From an uncultured Bacteroidales bacterium (GTDB taxonomy: Bacteria; Bacteroidota; Bacteroidia; Bacteroidales; Paludibacteraceae): 64,000 bases of DNA. A program made the translations under genes and the position numbers. The stretch's first letter is position 1. Every line of letters starts with the position of its first letter. Of the stretch, positions 27,487 to 38,205 are shown piece after piece. The stretch covers positions 446 through 64,445 of the forward strand of contig CAMHOK010000001.1 in assembly GCA_946186735.1 (NCBI GenBank). The letters are read 5' to 3'. The notes under the pieces were generated by a model. It made no database searches. It was not told the origin of the DNA and worked only from the letters and a program-made list of their open reading frames with translations.

Positions 27487-28698
27487 ATGCCGCTTAGTTG
27501 GAAAATAGCATGGCGTTATCTGTTTGCCAAGAAGAAGCATAATGCTATCAATATTGTCTCGATAGTGTCAGCTTTGGGTGTGGCAGTAGCTACGGCGGCG
27601 ATGGTGTGTGTGTTGTCGGTGATGAACGGTTTCTCGATGGTAGTAGAAGAGATGTTCTCTTTGTTCAACCCCGATCTGAGGATAACGACAACGACGGGTC
27701 AGTCGTTCGACGGCCATACCGCTGTTTTTGACTCTATTGCTCAGATGAGCGAGGTGAGTGTGTTCTCGGAGACGATAGAGCAGACGGCTCTGGTGCAGTT
27801 CTCGGGTCGTCAGCTGACAGCCACCGTTAAGGGTGTGGACGATAAGTTCGAGCAGCTCACAGGCATCGACAGCATCATCATCGACGGCGACTACGAGGTG
27901 TATGATGGTGCTTTCTACCGTACGGTGATGGGACGGGGACTTGCCAACCAGATAGGTATAGGTGCACATTTTGTATCGGGCATGAGACTATATGCTCCCA
28001 AACGCTATGAGAAAGTGAACATGCTCAACCCAGAGAGCTCGCTCAACAGAGAGAGCGTGTGGATATCGGGTGTGTTCGCTGTCAATCAAGTTGAGTATGA
28101 CGACCGATACATGCTGGTGGATGTGGAGCTGGCACGGCACTTGTTCGATTTCGCTCCTACAGAGGTTACTGCCATCGAACTGGGTGTGAGAGACGGTGTG
28201 AAGGTGAGTGAGGTTGCCAAGCGTATCGAGAAGCTGTTAGGCAACGACTATCAGGTGGCCGACCGCTATCATCAGCAGGAGGATTTCTTTCGTATATACG
28301 AGATAGAGAAACTGCTCACCATCCTTCTTCTTGCGTTCATCATACTCATAGCCTCGCTCAACATCATCGGTGCCTTGTCGATGCAAATGATTGACAAGAC
28401 AGAGGATATACGCATCTTCCGGACCATGGGCTTAGACCTGCAAGGCATAAAGCGTGTGTTCTTCTACGAAGGCTTTCTTGTCTCGATGCTCGGTGCGTTG
28501 GTAGGAGTGGTGGTAGGTGTGGGTGTGTGCTTGATACAAGAGTTTTTCGGCATCATCAAGTTGGGCAATGGCAGCGACTATGTCATCTCTGCTTACCCTG
28601 TGGATGTGCAGACGCCTGATGTGCTGCTTGTCTTGCTCATCGTCTTGCTGATAGGTATGGCGGCAGCGTATGTGCCGGTCAGATCGCTGCGCTGTTAG
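27487..28698 (+). CDS. FtsX-like ABC transporter permease (LolE-like)
   Basis: MacB-like N-terminal TM helix, periplasmic domain and a C-terminal FtsX 3-TM module. Confidence 0.8.
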   Translation: MPLSWKIAWRYLFAKKKHNAINIVSIVSALGVAVATAAMVCVLSVMNGFSMVVEEMFSLFNPDLRITTTTGQSFDGHTAVFDSIAQMSEVSVFSETIEQTALVQFSGRQLTATVKGVDDKFEQLTGIDSIIIDGDYEVYDGAFYRTVMGRGLANQIGIGAHFVSGMRLYAPKRYEKVNMLNPESSLNRESVWISGVFAVNQVEYDDRYMLVDVELARHLFDFAPTEVTAIELGVRDGVKVSEVAKRIEKLLGNDYQVADRYHQQEDFFRIYEIEKLLTILLLAFIILIASLNIIGALSMQMIDKTEDIRIFRTMGLDLQGIKRVFFYEGFLVSMLGALVGVVVGVGVCLIQEFFGIIKLGNGSDYVISAYPVDVQTPDVLLVLLIVLLIGMAAAYVPVRSLRC

Positions 28699-28723
28699 AC
28701 CGTTGCGCTGTTAAAGGTTAGAG
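28683..28723. repeat. Intercistronic repeat array of the same family, opposite-strand orientation (ATCGCTGCGCTGTTAG, ACCGTTGCGCTGTTAA, AGGTTAGAG)
   Basis: Unit 1 encodes the last residues (SLRC) and the TAG stop of the permease gene. The array ends 4 nt before the next ATG. Confidence 0.9.
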
Positions 28724-28726
28724 ATT

Positions 28727-29314
28727 ATGAAAAAAGATATAATATTGATAATATGTGCTCTGTTGCTTTTGTCGTGTGGTAAGAGCAGGCAGGTGGAGAC
28801 GCCGAAAGATGAGGTGCTTGATAAGGGCTTTATCACTTTTTTCGGACAGTATTATGCCGAAGAGGGGGTGAAGAAGAATGTGTTTGAGATAGATGTCTAT
28901 TCGCCCGACATCGTTATTGACGAGAACATGCGTGTGTCGGGTCATGGCACCAATGTTTATATCTCCGACTTGTTTGTTGACACTCTTTCCACTCGTTTGC
29001 CTGCTGGTGAGTATCACTCTTCTGCTGATGCTGAAGACTCCGCTTTCTTGCGCGGCATAGAGCTGGAGGGTCATTATAGCGGAGCTTATGTCCTTACTCT
29101 GGAGCAGTCGGGCAGTTATCATGTTGCGCTTGTTGATACGGGCACGGTGAGCGTCAGTTATGTTGGCGACACCACCGTTATTGATTTCAACCTTGTGCTC
29201 TCAGGCAGACCTAAGAGCACTTATAAAGGTCAGTATAGGGGTAAAATTCCATACTTGGATGGCAGAAAAGTTGGAAGACATATTAAAGGAGTATCACACT
29301 TATCTAAGACTTGA
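28727..29314 (+). CDS. Hypothetical lipoprotein
   Basis: Signal/lipobox ICALLLLSCG. The 3' end overlaps the xerD start by about 56 nt. Confidence 0.5.
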   Translation: MKKDIILIICALLLLSCGKSRQVETPKDEVLDKGFITFFGQYYAEEGVKKNVFEIDVYSPDIVIDENMRVSGHGTNVYISDLFVDTLSTRLPAGEYHSSADAEDSAFLRGIELEGHYSGAYVLTLEQSGSYHVALVDTGTVSVSYVGDTTVIDFNLVLSGRPKSTYKGQYRGKIPYLDGRKVGRHIKGVSHLSKT

Positions 29315-30173
29315 GAAGTCGCTCTCAGCCAATTCTATTGAGGCTTACGAGCGCGACTTGAGTAAGTTGGTGGCATACTGCGAGAAGTGCGGTTTGGATG
29401 TGGTAACGCTCAACTTAGAGCAGTTGCAAGACTTCGTCTATTCCGACCTTGGCAGGACCGACTCGACCCGTTCGCAGGCTCGCACTCTGTCAGGCATTCG
29501 CTCTTTCTATCGTTTCCTTCTCTATCACGATAAGATCCTCACTGACCCTACCGAGCTCTTGGACATGCCTAAGATAGACATGCATATACCCGAGGTGTTG
29601 ACGGTGGAGGAGATAGACTCGATGGTGGCACAGATAGATGTGAGCCGGTTTGACGGTCAGCGCAACAGAGCTATCATAGAGATGCTGTACGGCTCCGGAC
29701 TACGCGTGTCAGAGTTGTCGAACTTGAAACTGAGCAATATGTATCTTAACGATGGCTATATGCTCGTTGAGGGTAAGGGTAGCAAGCAAAGACTGGTGCC
29801 TATATCACCGGAAGCGGAGAAACAGTTCAAGTTGTGGTTGGAGTTCAGGTGCCATCTGCCCATTCAGCCGGACTATAAAGATTATGCTTTCCTTAATAGG
29901 TTCGGCAGACGACTGAGTAGGATCATGGTGTTTAATATCATCAAGCAGTTGGCAGAGCAGGCGGGCATCACCAAGAACATCTCCCCTCACACTTTGCGTC
30001 ATTCGTTCGCCACACACTTGTTGCAGAACGGTGCTGACCTCAGAGTCATACAACAACTGCTCGGACACGAGTATATAACGACCACAGAGATATATACTCA
30101 TGTTGATATACAAGACCTCAGAGAGGCTATCATTAAGTATCATCCTGCAAACAAAAGACAAGAAAAGAGATGA
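29259..30173 (+). CDS. xerD: Site-specific tyrosine recombinase XerD
   Basis: N-terminal SAM-like domain (YLRLEKSLSANSIEAYERDL) and catalytic HTLRHSFATHLL...LLGHEYITTTEIYTHV. The internal ATG is chosen. Confidence 0.88.
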   Translation: MAEKLEDILKEYHTYLRLEKSLSANSIEAYERDLSKLVAYCEKCGLDVVTLNLEQLQDFVYSDLGRTDSTRSQARTLSGIRSFYRFLLYHDKILTDPTELLDMPKIDMHIPEVLTVEEIDSMVAQIDVSRFDGQRNRAIIEMLYGSGLRVSELSNLKLSNMYLNDGYMLVEGKGSKQRLVPISPEAEKQFKLWLEFRCHLPIQPDYKDYAFLNRFGRRLSRIMVFNIIKQLAEQAGITKNISPHTLRHSFATHLLQNGADLRVIQQLLGHEYITTTEIYTHVDIQDLREAIIKYHPANKRQEKR

Positions 30174-32570
30174 AAAAGGCGTTGACGATAATCATGTTGT
30201 TGTTGCTTGCAAACATCGGTTATGCTCTTGAGACCGTTGTTGTGGGCGATGTGTACGACAAGCAGACTCTCCAACCCATTGAGAACGCCAATGTCTATTT
30301 CAAGGGAACGAAGATAGGCTGTGCTACTAACGATGAGGGCACTTTCCTTGTTCGTGCCGACTTAGACAAGAGTGCCACTCTGATAGTGTCGGCTGTTGGT
30401 TATAAGAAGAAACGGTTTACTATAGAGCCCGGTAGTCAGTCGGGCATACAGGTAGAGCTGGAGCAGTCGAACGCTATGTTGACCGACCTGCTCGTAGTGC
30501 CCGGGGAGAATCCCGCTTTGGCGCTGATGGAGAGAGTGAGACATCGTCGATTGATCAACGACCTTAGCAATAACTCCGCCGTGTCGTACGAGATGGCAGA
30601 AGAGCGGCAGTTGTGGATAAGTCGTATCAACAGCAATCATCTGCGTCGGCGTCTGTGGAAGAACCTGAGCCTACAGATGATCACCGCATCCGACTCTACT
30701 TATCTGCTTCCAATGATGGTCTCTGAGCGCCGCTATCGGAGACAAGGACGCGACTTCACACCCATCACGCAGGCACAGACACAGTCGGTGGTCCTGACCG
30801 ATGATAACCTCTCGGCTATCATTGATGTGATGAACGAACCGCTTAACTTCTATCAACAATCGCTCAGCATCTTAGGCAAGCAGTTCATCAGTCCGCTCTC
30901 TTCAATGGGCAACAGCCACTATGACTATTATTTAGCAGACTCAGTAGAGCATGCAACGGGCAAGCTTTACGAGGTGCATTTCCGTAGTAAGAATCCTTAT
31001 ACCTACACTTTCAATGGCACTTTGCTCATCGACTCCGCCTCTTGTGCCCTTCGTGTGGTGGACGCCTCTGTGCCCTCAGAGGTGGCAGTCAACTACCTGC
31101 GCTCCATGCGCGTCTATCAGTCGTTCGCTCAGGACAATAGTCTGGCAGAAGAGTTCTTCTCCACCTCATTCGATGTGGCGGCACATATAGACACCACCAA
31201 CCGAGTCTTTCCTGCCGCTCTTATCCTCAGACACCTCAAACAACCTAACATAGAGGAGTCGGAGACGGAAAGAGCGGCTCAACCTTTCCATCACCAACTG
31301 CTTGCCGGAGCCGATTCGCGCGAGGAGCAACAGCTGATGGTGGATAGTATGGCAAAGACTTATATCGACTCTCTCAATCATGAGCCGATAATGAAGATGG
31401 CTCGGTATGTGGCTTATGTGTTCACCACCGGTAACCTGAGCACCGGCACTTGCATAGATGTGGGCAATGTGGTGGAACTGATTGGTGGTTTCCCGTTCGA
31501 GGGGTTCCATATAGCCTTACCTTTTGCCACCAACGAGAAGTTGTGGAAGAATGTGGAGTTGTCGGCTTATCTCGCTTACGGCTTCAAGGACCACGCATAT
31601 AAGGGTAAAGGACAGATACGCGTCAAGTTACCTACCGACAGACGACATCTGTTCGGAGCCTATTATTGGGACCATTACAACAACTCAGAACTCAGTCCGA
31701 TCTATTTTAAGATGCGTGAGAACGATATCTTCTACGGCGATAAGGACTTTATGTATATGATACTGGAGTCGGTGCTATATACAAAGACCGAGACTCACAC
31801 TTATGCTCGTCAGAAAGAGTTCAAGGTGTGGAGCGAGAACGAGTGGAACGACTATCTGTCAACCACTTTAGATGTGAATGTGGGCAAGCTTGGCTATGGT
31901 TCGCCTATGGTGGGTTACAACCAGATGCCTATGTTTCCATGAGACGAAGGTTGATTTCTTCATGCGTCGGCACTATGGTCATAGTCGTTATCCCGTTGTG
32001 CATTTCTTGGCAGAGATGGGCAGCTATAAGACCGATGCGATGCGCTATGACAGGATGTATGGTCGATTGTCGTTGCTGGTGTCGCAGACGGTAGGCCTGC
32101 AGATGTTCGGTAAGCTGGACTATAGTGTGGTAGGAGGAGTGGTGCTGGGCAAGGTGCCTTATCCTTTCCTTGAGACTTTTGCGGGTAACCCCACTTTCGC
32201 CTACGATAGGTATAAGTTCTCTCTGATGGACCATTATCAATATGGTGCCGATCGTTTTCTTTACGGTTTTCTCACCTGGGACATGCAGGGTCTGCTTTTC
32301 AACCGTATCCCGGGCATTCAGCGTCTTCACCTCAGAGAGCTCATAGAAGCCAAGATAGCCTGGGGCATGCTCAGCGATAAGCATCGGCAGGTGGTGCCAT
32401 TGCCCGAAGGGATGAGCTCGCTCAGAGTGCCGTATGTGGAGTTGGGTGTGGGCATAGGCAATATACTGCAAGTGGCAAACGTGTTTGCCGTCTTCCGCTT
32501 GACACACAACACACCGGCAGATAACGCCCTTCCATGGTGGGGAATACGCGTTTGCTTCTCTTTTATGTAG
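30170..32570 (+). pseudogene. DUF5686/carboxypeptidase-regulatory-like domain outer-membrane protein, interrupted by a frame change near 31930-31945
   Basis: ORFs 30170..31942 (590 aa, CarboxypepD_reg-like N-terminus VVVGDVYDKQTLQPIENANVYFKGT) and 31878..32570 (230 aa) together match a single protein of about 820 aa. The frames differ by +1. Confidence 0.65.
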
Positions 32571-32631
32571 TCGTTTTAAGAGAAATTTGTATTTTTCTTA
32601 AGAATAGTTGTAAATATTCGGATATTTTTAT

Positions 32632-32639
32632 TACCTTTG
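32632..32639 (+). promoter_or_regulatory. -7 box TACCTTTG for the AraC-family gene
   Basis: TAnnTTTG match 37 nt upstream of the start. Confidence 0.5.
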
Positions 32640-32675
32640 CAGGTCGATTTTTAAGAATAACTAAAATTTAGACCT

Positions 32676-33515
32676 ATGCAAGAGATACCTTTGTTGGATT
32701 GTCCTTCACCGTTCTTGGTTGGTGATGCCAGTGGTAAGATAATGAACGAGTATGGTCGTTTCCCGTGTAAGATCAAGTGTGGAGTGTATGCTTTCATGGT
32801 GCGCGGTCAGGCGTCAGCAACCATCAATATCACCCGATATAATTTTAAGGAAGGTGATGTGTTGTGGTTGGAGTCAGGCAGTTTCTTGCTCATACATGAG
32901 TTCTCGGACGATGCTCTGGTCTATTATTTGCTTTTCTCATACGATTTTCTTGAGAAGAGCACTTTCCGTCATCGTGTTACCTTGTCCACCATGGAGTTGC
33001 ATAATCCTATCTTCCATACCGACAAAGAGGTGTCGGCTGTGATTGAGAAGGGTTTTGATATGCTTTTTGGTGCCGTCAATCTCAAGCAAGACATACTCAC
33101 TCCGGATGTCATGGTTTATGTCTATCAGATTATTGAGCATCTGCTTATTGAGAGTGCTCGTCGGCATAAGAGCATAGTGGCTAAGCCTCAGGTAAGGCGT
33201 ACGGAGATCTATCACGAGTACAACGACCTTGTTCTCAAGCATTACTCAGAGTGGCACCATGTGTCGGAGTACGCAGAGGCTATGCACCTGACTCTTCCTC
33301 ACCTCTGTTCGTCTATCAAGGCGGCATGTGGTAAGACGGCAGGCGAGCTGATTGATGAGGCCATCATCACTGATGCGAAAGCTCAGCTGAAGATCACCAA
33401 TCATCAGATCAAGGAGATAGCTCTGTCGTTAGGTTTTGAGAACGTGGCTTTCTTCAATCGGTTTTTCAAGGCTCATACCAACATGACTCCTCGCGAGTAT
33501 CGCAACAGCGAATAA
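32676..33515 (+). CDS. AraC-family transcriptional regulator
   Basis: Cupin-like N-terminal part and a C-terminal double HTH (IKEIALSLGFENVAFFNRFFKAHTNMTPREYR). Confidence 0.88.
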   Translation: MQEIPLLDCPSPFLVGDASGKIMNEYGRFPCKIKCGVYAFMVRGQASATINITRYNFKEGDVLWLESGSFLLIHEFSDDALVYYLLFSYDFLEKSTFRHRVTLSTMELHNPIFHTDKEVSAVIEKGFDMLFGAVNLKQDILTPDVMVYVYQIIEHLLIESARRHKSIVAKPQVRRTEIYHEYNDLVLKHYSEWHHVSEYAEAMHLTLPHLCSSIKAACGKTAGELIDEAIITDAKAQLKITNHQIKEIALSLGFENVAFFNRFFKAHTNMTPREYRNSE

Positions 33516-33556
33516 TTCCTTTTAGCAGCGAGGAGTCTGTACGACAGCGAAGAGTA

Positions 33557-34663
33557 TTATCTGAGGTCGCTTAAGATAGAGTCAGCGGCAGCTGTAGGTG
33601 CGTCTTTCTTGCCGAGTTGTTCGCGCAAGAGAGCGTAGTTGTTGAGCATGGTCTGTCGGTAAGCCGAGTCGTTGAGTAGTCGAGACGTCTCGGCATACAC
33701 ATTGTCTTCGGTGAACTCATAGGCGAGCAGTTCGCGTATCACTTCTTTACCCATGATGATGTTGGGTAGGGTGAAGTGCGGTATCTTGAAGAGGAGAGGT
33801 CTGATAAGATTGAGCACATGCCCGAAAGCGAGGTGATAGACTGCCACTTGCGGGCAACCGATGATGGCTGTCTCGAGGGTGGCGGTGCCGGAATTGACGA
33901 TAGCTGCCTGAGCTTGCTGCAAGAGGGAGTAGGTGTCGGTGGTGAGACTGACGGTAGCAGACATAGATGTCTGAGAGATGATTGTCTCATAGACCGAACG
34001 GTCGATGCTCGGTGCTTGTGCCACAACCAACTTATATCCGCTGAAGCCTGAAGCGGCTTTTAACATCTTCCCCAGACATTTATCTATCTCATGTTTTCTT
34101 GACCCGGGCAGTATGGCTATGACGGGTTGGGTTGGCTTATTGGTGCCGGCTATGGGCGCCAAGGCTGTTGCCGTGGGGTTACCCACATACTCGGTGTGGT
34201 AGCCGTAGCGCTCGTAGAAAGCGGGCTCGAAGGGGAAGATAGTGAAGACCTTCTGTGAGTAGCGGGCTATGCGATGTATGCGCCATGTCTTCCATGCCCA
34301 TACCTTTGGCGGTATGTAATAGTAGATGCGTGTGTCAGGCAGGTGCTTGCGGCAAAAACGGGCTATACGCAGATTGAACGAAGGGTAGTCAACGAGGATG
34401 AGTGCGTCGGGTCGTTCTTTCAGCAATGACCGATGAGCCAACGAGAAGTTGTGTGAGATCTTAGGAAGGTGTAGGAGCACATCAACAATACCCATGTATG
34501 CCATCTGCGAGTAGTGGAGAAGCACAGAACAGCCGGCTTGAGCCATCTTGTCGCCACCCATGCCCACGAAAGTGCTGTCAGCGTCTCTTGCCTTGAGTGC
34601 TTCGATGAGTCGCGCGGCATGCATGTCGCCCGACGCTTCGCCTGCTATGATGAAATATCTCAT
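33557..34663 (-). CDS. lpxB: Lipid-A-disaccharide synthase
   Basis: MRYFIIAGEASGDMHAARLI N-terminus and GT19 family features. Confidence 0.92.
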   Translation of the reverse strand: MRYFIIAGEASGDMHAARLIEALKARDADSTFVGMGGDKMAQAGCSVLLHYSQMAYMGIVDVLLHLPKISHNFSLAHRSLLKERPDALILVDYPSFNLRIARFCRKHLPDTRIYYYIPPKVWAWKTWRIHRIARYSQKVFTIFPFEPAFYERYGYHTEYVGNPTATALAPIAGTNKPTQPVIAILPGSRKHEIDKCLGKMLKAASGFSGYKLVVAQAPSIDRSVYETIISQTSMSATVSLTTDTYSLLQQAQAAIVNSGTATLETAIIGCPQVAVYHLAFGHVLNLIRPLLFKIPHFTLPNIIMGKEVIRELLAYEFTEDNVYAETSRLLNDSAYRQTMLNNYALLREQLGKKDAPTAAADSILSDLR

Positions 34664-34677
34664 TACTTAGTTGCAGA

Positions 34678-34953
34678 TTAGAAGGTTAGACCGATGGCGA
34701 GTAAGACATAGGGTATGGCACCTAAGATGATACCTTTGGCCAGCCTCCATGTCTCCATGGTGTAGAACACGAAGAGCAGAGCCATGTTTGGGAAGACGCT
34801 GATGATACACAGCTTGGTGAGTATATGCTTGGCCATCTCCCATTCGTCGAAGAGCCAGAAGAGGTTGTTCTGACGGAGGTAGATATATGCGATGAGTGCG
34901 GGCAGAAGGAGTCCGAGCAAGATACCTATCCAATATTTATCGAAGCGTTGCAT
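34678..34953 (-). CDS. Small integral membrane protein (3 TM), conserved position between surE and lpxB
   Basis: Hydrophobic helices. Tight junction with surE (its start is adjacent to the surE stop). Confidence 0.5.
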   Translation of the reverse strand: MQRFDKYWIGILLGLLLPALIAYIYLRQNNLFWLFDEWEMAKHILTKLCIISVFPNMALLFVFYTMETWRLAKGIILGAIPYVLLAIGLTF

Positions 34954-35673
34954 CTATTTGGCGGTCATGTCGATAGTGGTAGGTGAGATAGCGACGAAGC
35001 CGTGAGCGAGAGCCCACTCGTCGGTATCTTGGGCTTGCGGTTCGTGGTTGACAAAGACGCCTTGCAGTTGGTAGTAAGGCTCACCGTTCTCATCGATGAA
35101 CTCGGCTATCTCTTTCTCCCAATGCGAGCGTGCATGTCGTGTGAAGCGTATGCCTTTGAGTTCGCCTATGGGTGCATTGATGTTGTAGCACACTCTGTCG
35201 GGGAACCCGCGTTGGAGCAGTTGGTTGACGATAGGTATGATGAGCGGCTGCAGGTGAGAGAAGTCGGCGTCGGGATGGTGGTCGCAGAGTGAGAACCCGA
35301 TAGAGGGTATACTCTGTTCGCAGCCCACGAAGCAAGCTCCCATAGTACCTGAATAGATCACATTGACGGCGGCGTTACTCCCGTGGTTGATACCGCTCAG
35401 GAGCAGGTCGGGACGGGTGTCCTTGTAGATGATGTTCACCGCTAACTTGACGCAGTCGGAGGGGGTGCCGTTGGTTATATATACATCTCTGGTGGGTGTG
35501 TGCTCGATGAGTCGGAGGGTCATGGGGCGGTCCACGGTGATGGCATTAGACATGCCTGAGCGCGCTCCGTCGGGAGCCACCACGGTAACATGTGCTATCG
35601 TCTCCATGGTCTGAGTGAGGGTCAGTATGCCTTTCGATCCCCAACCGTCGTCGTTAGTGATGAGTATCTCCAT
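34954..35673 (-). CDS. surE: 5'/3'-nucleotidase SurE
   Basis: ILITNDDGWGSKGI and GINHGSN motifs. Confidence 0.92.
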   Translation of the reverse strand: MEILITNDDGWGSKGILTLTQTMETIAHVTVVAPDGARSGMSNAITVDRPMTLRLIEHTPTRDVYITNGTPSDCVKLAVNIIYKDTRPDLLLSGINHGSNAAVNVIYSGTMGACFVGCEQSIPSIGFSLCDHHPDADFSHLQPLIIPIVNQLLQRGFPDRVCYNINAPIGELKGIRFTRHARSHWEKEIAEFIDENGEPYYQLQGVFVNHEPQAQDTDEWALAHGFVAISPTTIDMTAK

Positions 35674-35678
35674 GTGCT

Positions 35679-37052
35679 TTATTCGGTAACCATGTCCATA
35701 ACTCTCTTTGCCAGCTCTTCGGCATGTTCGAGGGTGTGTGCTTCGGAATAGACGCGTATGATAGGCTCGGTGTTAGACTTACGCAGGTGTACCCATCCGT
35801 CGGCGAAGTCGATCTTGACACCATCGCGTGTGTCCACTTGTTCGTGCTTGAAAGCCTCTTGCACTCTCTGTAGCACCTTGTCCACATCCATCCCCTCGCT
35901 GAGGTCGATACGGTTCTTAGAGATGAAATAGTTGGGGTAGGTCTGTCTTAGTTGACTCACTTTCATCTTCTTGTGTGCGAGTAGGCTGAGGAAGAGGGCT
36001 ATACCTACGAGTGCGTCTCTGCCGCTATGGCAAGCGGGGTAGATGACACCGCCGTTACCCTCACCGCCGATGACGGCGTTGACACGGCGCATCTGTGCAA
36101 CCACATTGACCTCGCCCACTGCGGCAGCCGAGTATTGCATGCCATGCTTGAGGGTGATGTCACGAAGGGCACGAGTGGAAGAGAGGTTGCTCACAGTGTT
36201 GCCGGGGGTGTGAGACAAGACATAGTCGGCAACGCTGACCAGAGTATATTCCTCACCGAACATCTCACCATCTTCTTGGATGATAGCTAAGCGGTCAACA
36301 TCGGGGTCAACAACGAACCCTACATCCATGCCGCCCTCTTTCATCTTCTCGCTTATCTGAGTGAGGTTCTGCGGTATGGGTTCGGGATTGTGTGCGAAAT
36401 GTCCGGTAGGCTCGGTGTTGAGCTCTACTATCTTCTTCACTCCCAGAGCCTTGAGTATGGCGGGTATGGCCAGTCCGCCTACCGAGTTGACGCAGTCGAT
36501 GGCAACGGTGAAGTCGGCTTGTTCGATAGCATGGCGATCAACCAACGGCAGATCGAGCACTTTCTGCACATGATAAGGCAGGTAGTCTTTGTGGCTGACG
36601 GTGCCCAGCTCATCGACCTGAGCAAAGCAGAAATCTTCTCTCTGTGCTATATCAAGCACTTGTTTGCCCTCTTTGTCGGTGAGGAACTCACCGTCCTGGT
36701 TGAGCAGTTTGAGTGCGTTCCACTGCTTGGGGTTATGCGAGGCGGTGAGGATGATACCTCCTGCCGCTTTCTCACCGGTGACAGCCAGTTCGGTTGTAGG
36801 GGTGGTGGCAAGACCAATGTTGACAACATGGTAACCCATACCTATCAGAGTGCCGCAGACAAGCATGTCAACCATCTCACCGGAGATGCGTGCGTCACGA
36901 CCGACAACAATAGTCTTGTTGTCGGGAATCATTGCTGCTCGCTGTGTGGCATAGGCTGCCGTGAAACGGACGATATCAACGGGATTGAGACCTTCGCCTA
37001 CCCGTCCGCCTATCGTTCCGCGTATGCCGGAAATAGATTTAACAAGTGACAT
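35679..37052 (-). CDS. glmM: Phosphoglucosamine mutase (Bacteroidota type)
   Basis: SGIRG, active-site TASHNP, and DPDVDR metal-binding loop. Confidence 0.88.
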   Translation of the reverse strand: MSLVKSISGIRGTIGGRVGEGLNPVDIVRFTAAYATQRAAMIPDNKTIVVGRDARISGEMVDMLVCGTLIGMGYHVVNIGLATTPTTELAVTGEKAAGGIILTASHNPKQWNALKLLNQDGEFLTDKEGKQVLDIAQREDFCFAQVDELGTVSHKDYLPYHVQKVLDLPLVDRHAIEQADFTVAIDCVNSVGGLAIPAILKALGVKKIVELNTEPTGHFAHNPEPIPQNLTQISEKMKEGGMDVGFVVDPDVDRLAIIQEDGEMFGEEYTLVSVADYVLSHTPGNTVSNLSSTRALRDITLKHGMQYSAAAVGEVNVVAQMRRVNAVIGGEGNGGVIYPACHSGRDALVGIALFLSLLAHKKMKVSQLRQTYPNYFISKNRIDLSEGMDVDKVLQRVQEAFKHEQVDTRDGVKIDFADGWVHLRKSNTEPIIRVYSEAHTLEHAEELAKRVMDMVTE

Positions 37053-37065
37053 ATTTTTAGATTTT

Positions 37066-37122
37066 AGAGGTTAGACCGCTTTGCTGTTAGACCGCTTTGC
37101 TGTTAGACCGCTTCGCTGTTAT
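37066..37122. repeat. Intercistronic repeat array, 3 x 16 nt (ACCGCTTTGCTGTTAG x2, ACCGCTTCGCTGTTAT) plus GAGGTTAG prefix
   Basis: Same family, but here inverted relative to the direction of the flanking minus-strand genes. Overlaps the stop codon of the 37119..37673 gene. Confidence 0.9.
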
Positions 37123-37673
37123 CTTTTTATTCGTATCTTCAGGTCGTAGCCGTAGGGTGTGACGGTCGATTGTTCCTGACCTGTACCTGAGAAGCCGAGT
37201 TTGCTGGGGTTGATGATCTTAGCCTCTGCTCCGTTGTAGGTCATCATCAGTACAGCCGCATGCCAGCCCTGACATGCATTGACATTGTCGGTGAGGAAGG
37301 TGAACTCTACGGGATAGCCGCTGTCGGCAGTGGTCCAGTTGCTTAAGGTGTCAGGGTTGAGGTCGAGGGTGTAGCGGCGGTAGCGTAAGACGATTTTGTC
37401 GCCGCTGGTAACAGCCTCTGAGGCTGTGTCGCCCTGGGCTACAAGATGGAAATAGAGGTTGTCGTAACCAAACTGGGTCATGTCTAAATAGTCTTTCTCG
37501 CCCCATTGGTCGGGCACCTCGTGTATGACGTTGATATGGTTACGCTTGATATAGTCGGCAATAAGAGCCTTCTCTGCTTTGAGTTGGTTGGCATAGGTGT
37601 TCGATTGACAACTCGAAGCGATAATGACAATTGGCAAGAGAGCCAAGAAAGGAAGTATCTTTTTCATATTCAT
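37119..37673 (-). CDS. Lipoprotein (DUF4827-like, FKBP-fold suspected)
   Basis: Signal/lipobox IVIIASSC. The C-terminal half resembles an FKBP-type beta fold. The assignment is tentative. Confidence 0.45.
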   Translation of the reverse strand: MNMKKILPFLALLPIVIIASSCQSNTYANQLKAEKALIADYIKRNHINVIHEVPDQWGEKDYLDMTQFGYDNLYFHLVAQGDTASEAVTSGDKIVLRYRRYTLDLNPDTLSNWTTADSGYPVEFTFLTDNVNACQGWHAAVLMMTYNGAEAKIINPSKLGFSGTGQEQSTVTPYGYDLKIRIKR

Positions 37674-37677
37674 GTTT

Positions 37678-38205
37678 TTATTCGTGTGTTTGAATGTCGA
37701 TGATGAGGTTGGTATAGGGTGGTATGATGTCGTTGCCTGCTTGGTCGTAAGCCAAGTACCAAGGAGCTATTATTCGTGCTTTCTCTCCGTGTCTCATGAG
37801 CAGTAGTGCTTCGTCCACGACAAGTGTCTCTTGCCGTTTGCCAATGACGATGGTGGTGTGTATGTCGCTGAGCAGACGGCCTTGCAGGTCGTACTCTCTG
37901 AGGCTCAGCTCCACCGACTCGTTGTTCAGGAAGCGTGGCAATGAAGAGCGTGAGGTGATCTGATACCAGAAGCCGAGGTCGTTCAAGACAAAAGTGGAGT
38001 CTTGCGTGGTCATGAACTGAGTGATCTCACGGTCGGTGGCTTCAACTAACTGGCGGCGAGCGTTAATCATAGCAACGGCAGTGGTGTCTTCCGAGCGCTT
38101 GTTAGACGGCAACTGAGGCCGCTGACGATGGCAGGAAGCTAAACATGAGCATAGACTCACAAAGGTAAGGATGTAAACAATCGTTCTCATAAGCCTACTT
38201 AGCAA
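37678..38205 (-). CDS. FKBP-like peptidyl-prolyl isomerase domain lipoprotein
   Basis: Signal LTFVSLCSCLASC. C-terminal GEKARIIAPWYLAYDQAGNDIIPPYTNLIIDIQ resembles the FKBP C-terminal signature. Confidence 0.5.
   Translation of the reverse strand: MLSRLMRTIVYILTFVSLCSCLASCHRQRPQLPSNKRSEDTTAVAMINARRQLVEATDREITQFMTTQDSTFVLNDLGFWYQITSRSSLPRFLNNESVELSLREYDLQGRLLSDIHTTIVIGKRQETLVVDEALLLMRHGEKARIIAPWYLAYDQAGNDIIPPYTNLIIDIQTHE

Noticed and set aside
29259-30173. The tyrosine recombinase considered as the integrase of the tRNA-Arg islet or of another mobile element.
   Set aside because: The sequence has the housekeeping XerD layout and motifs. It lies 18 kb from the islet, has no flanking repeats, and sits among core genes.
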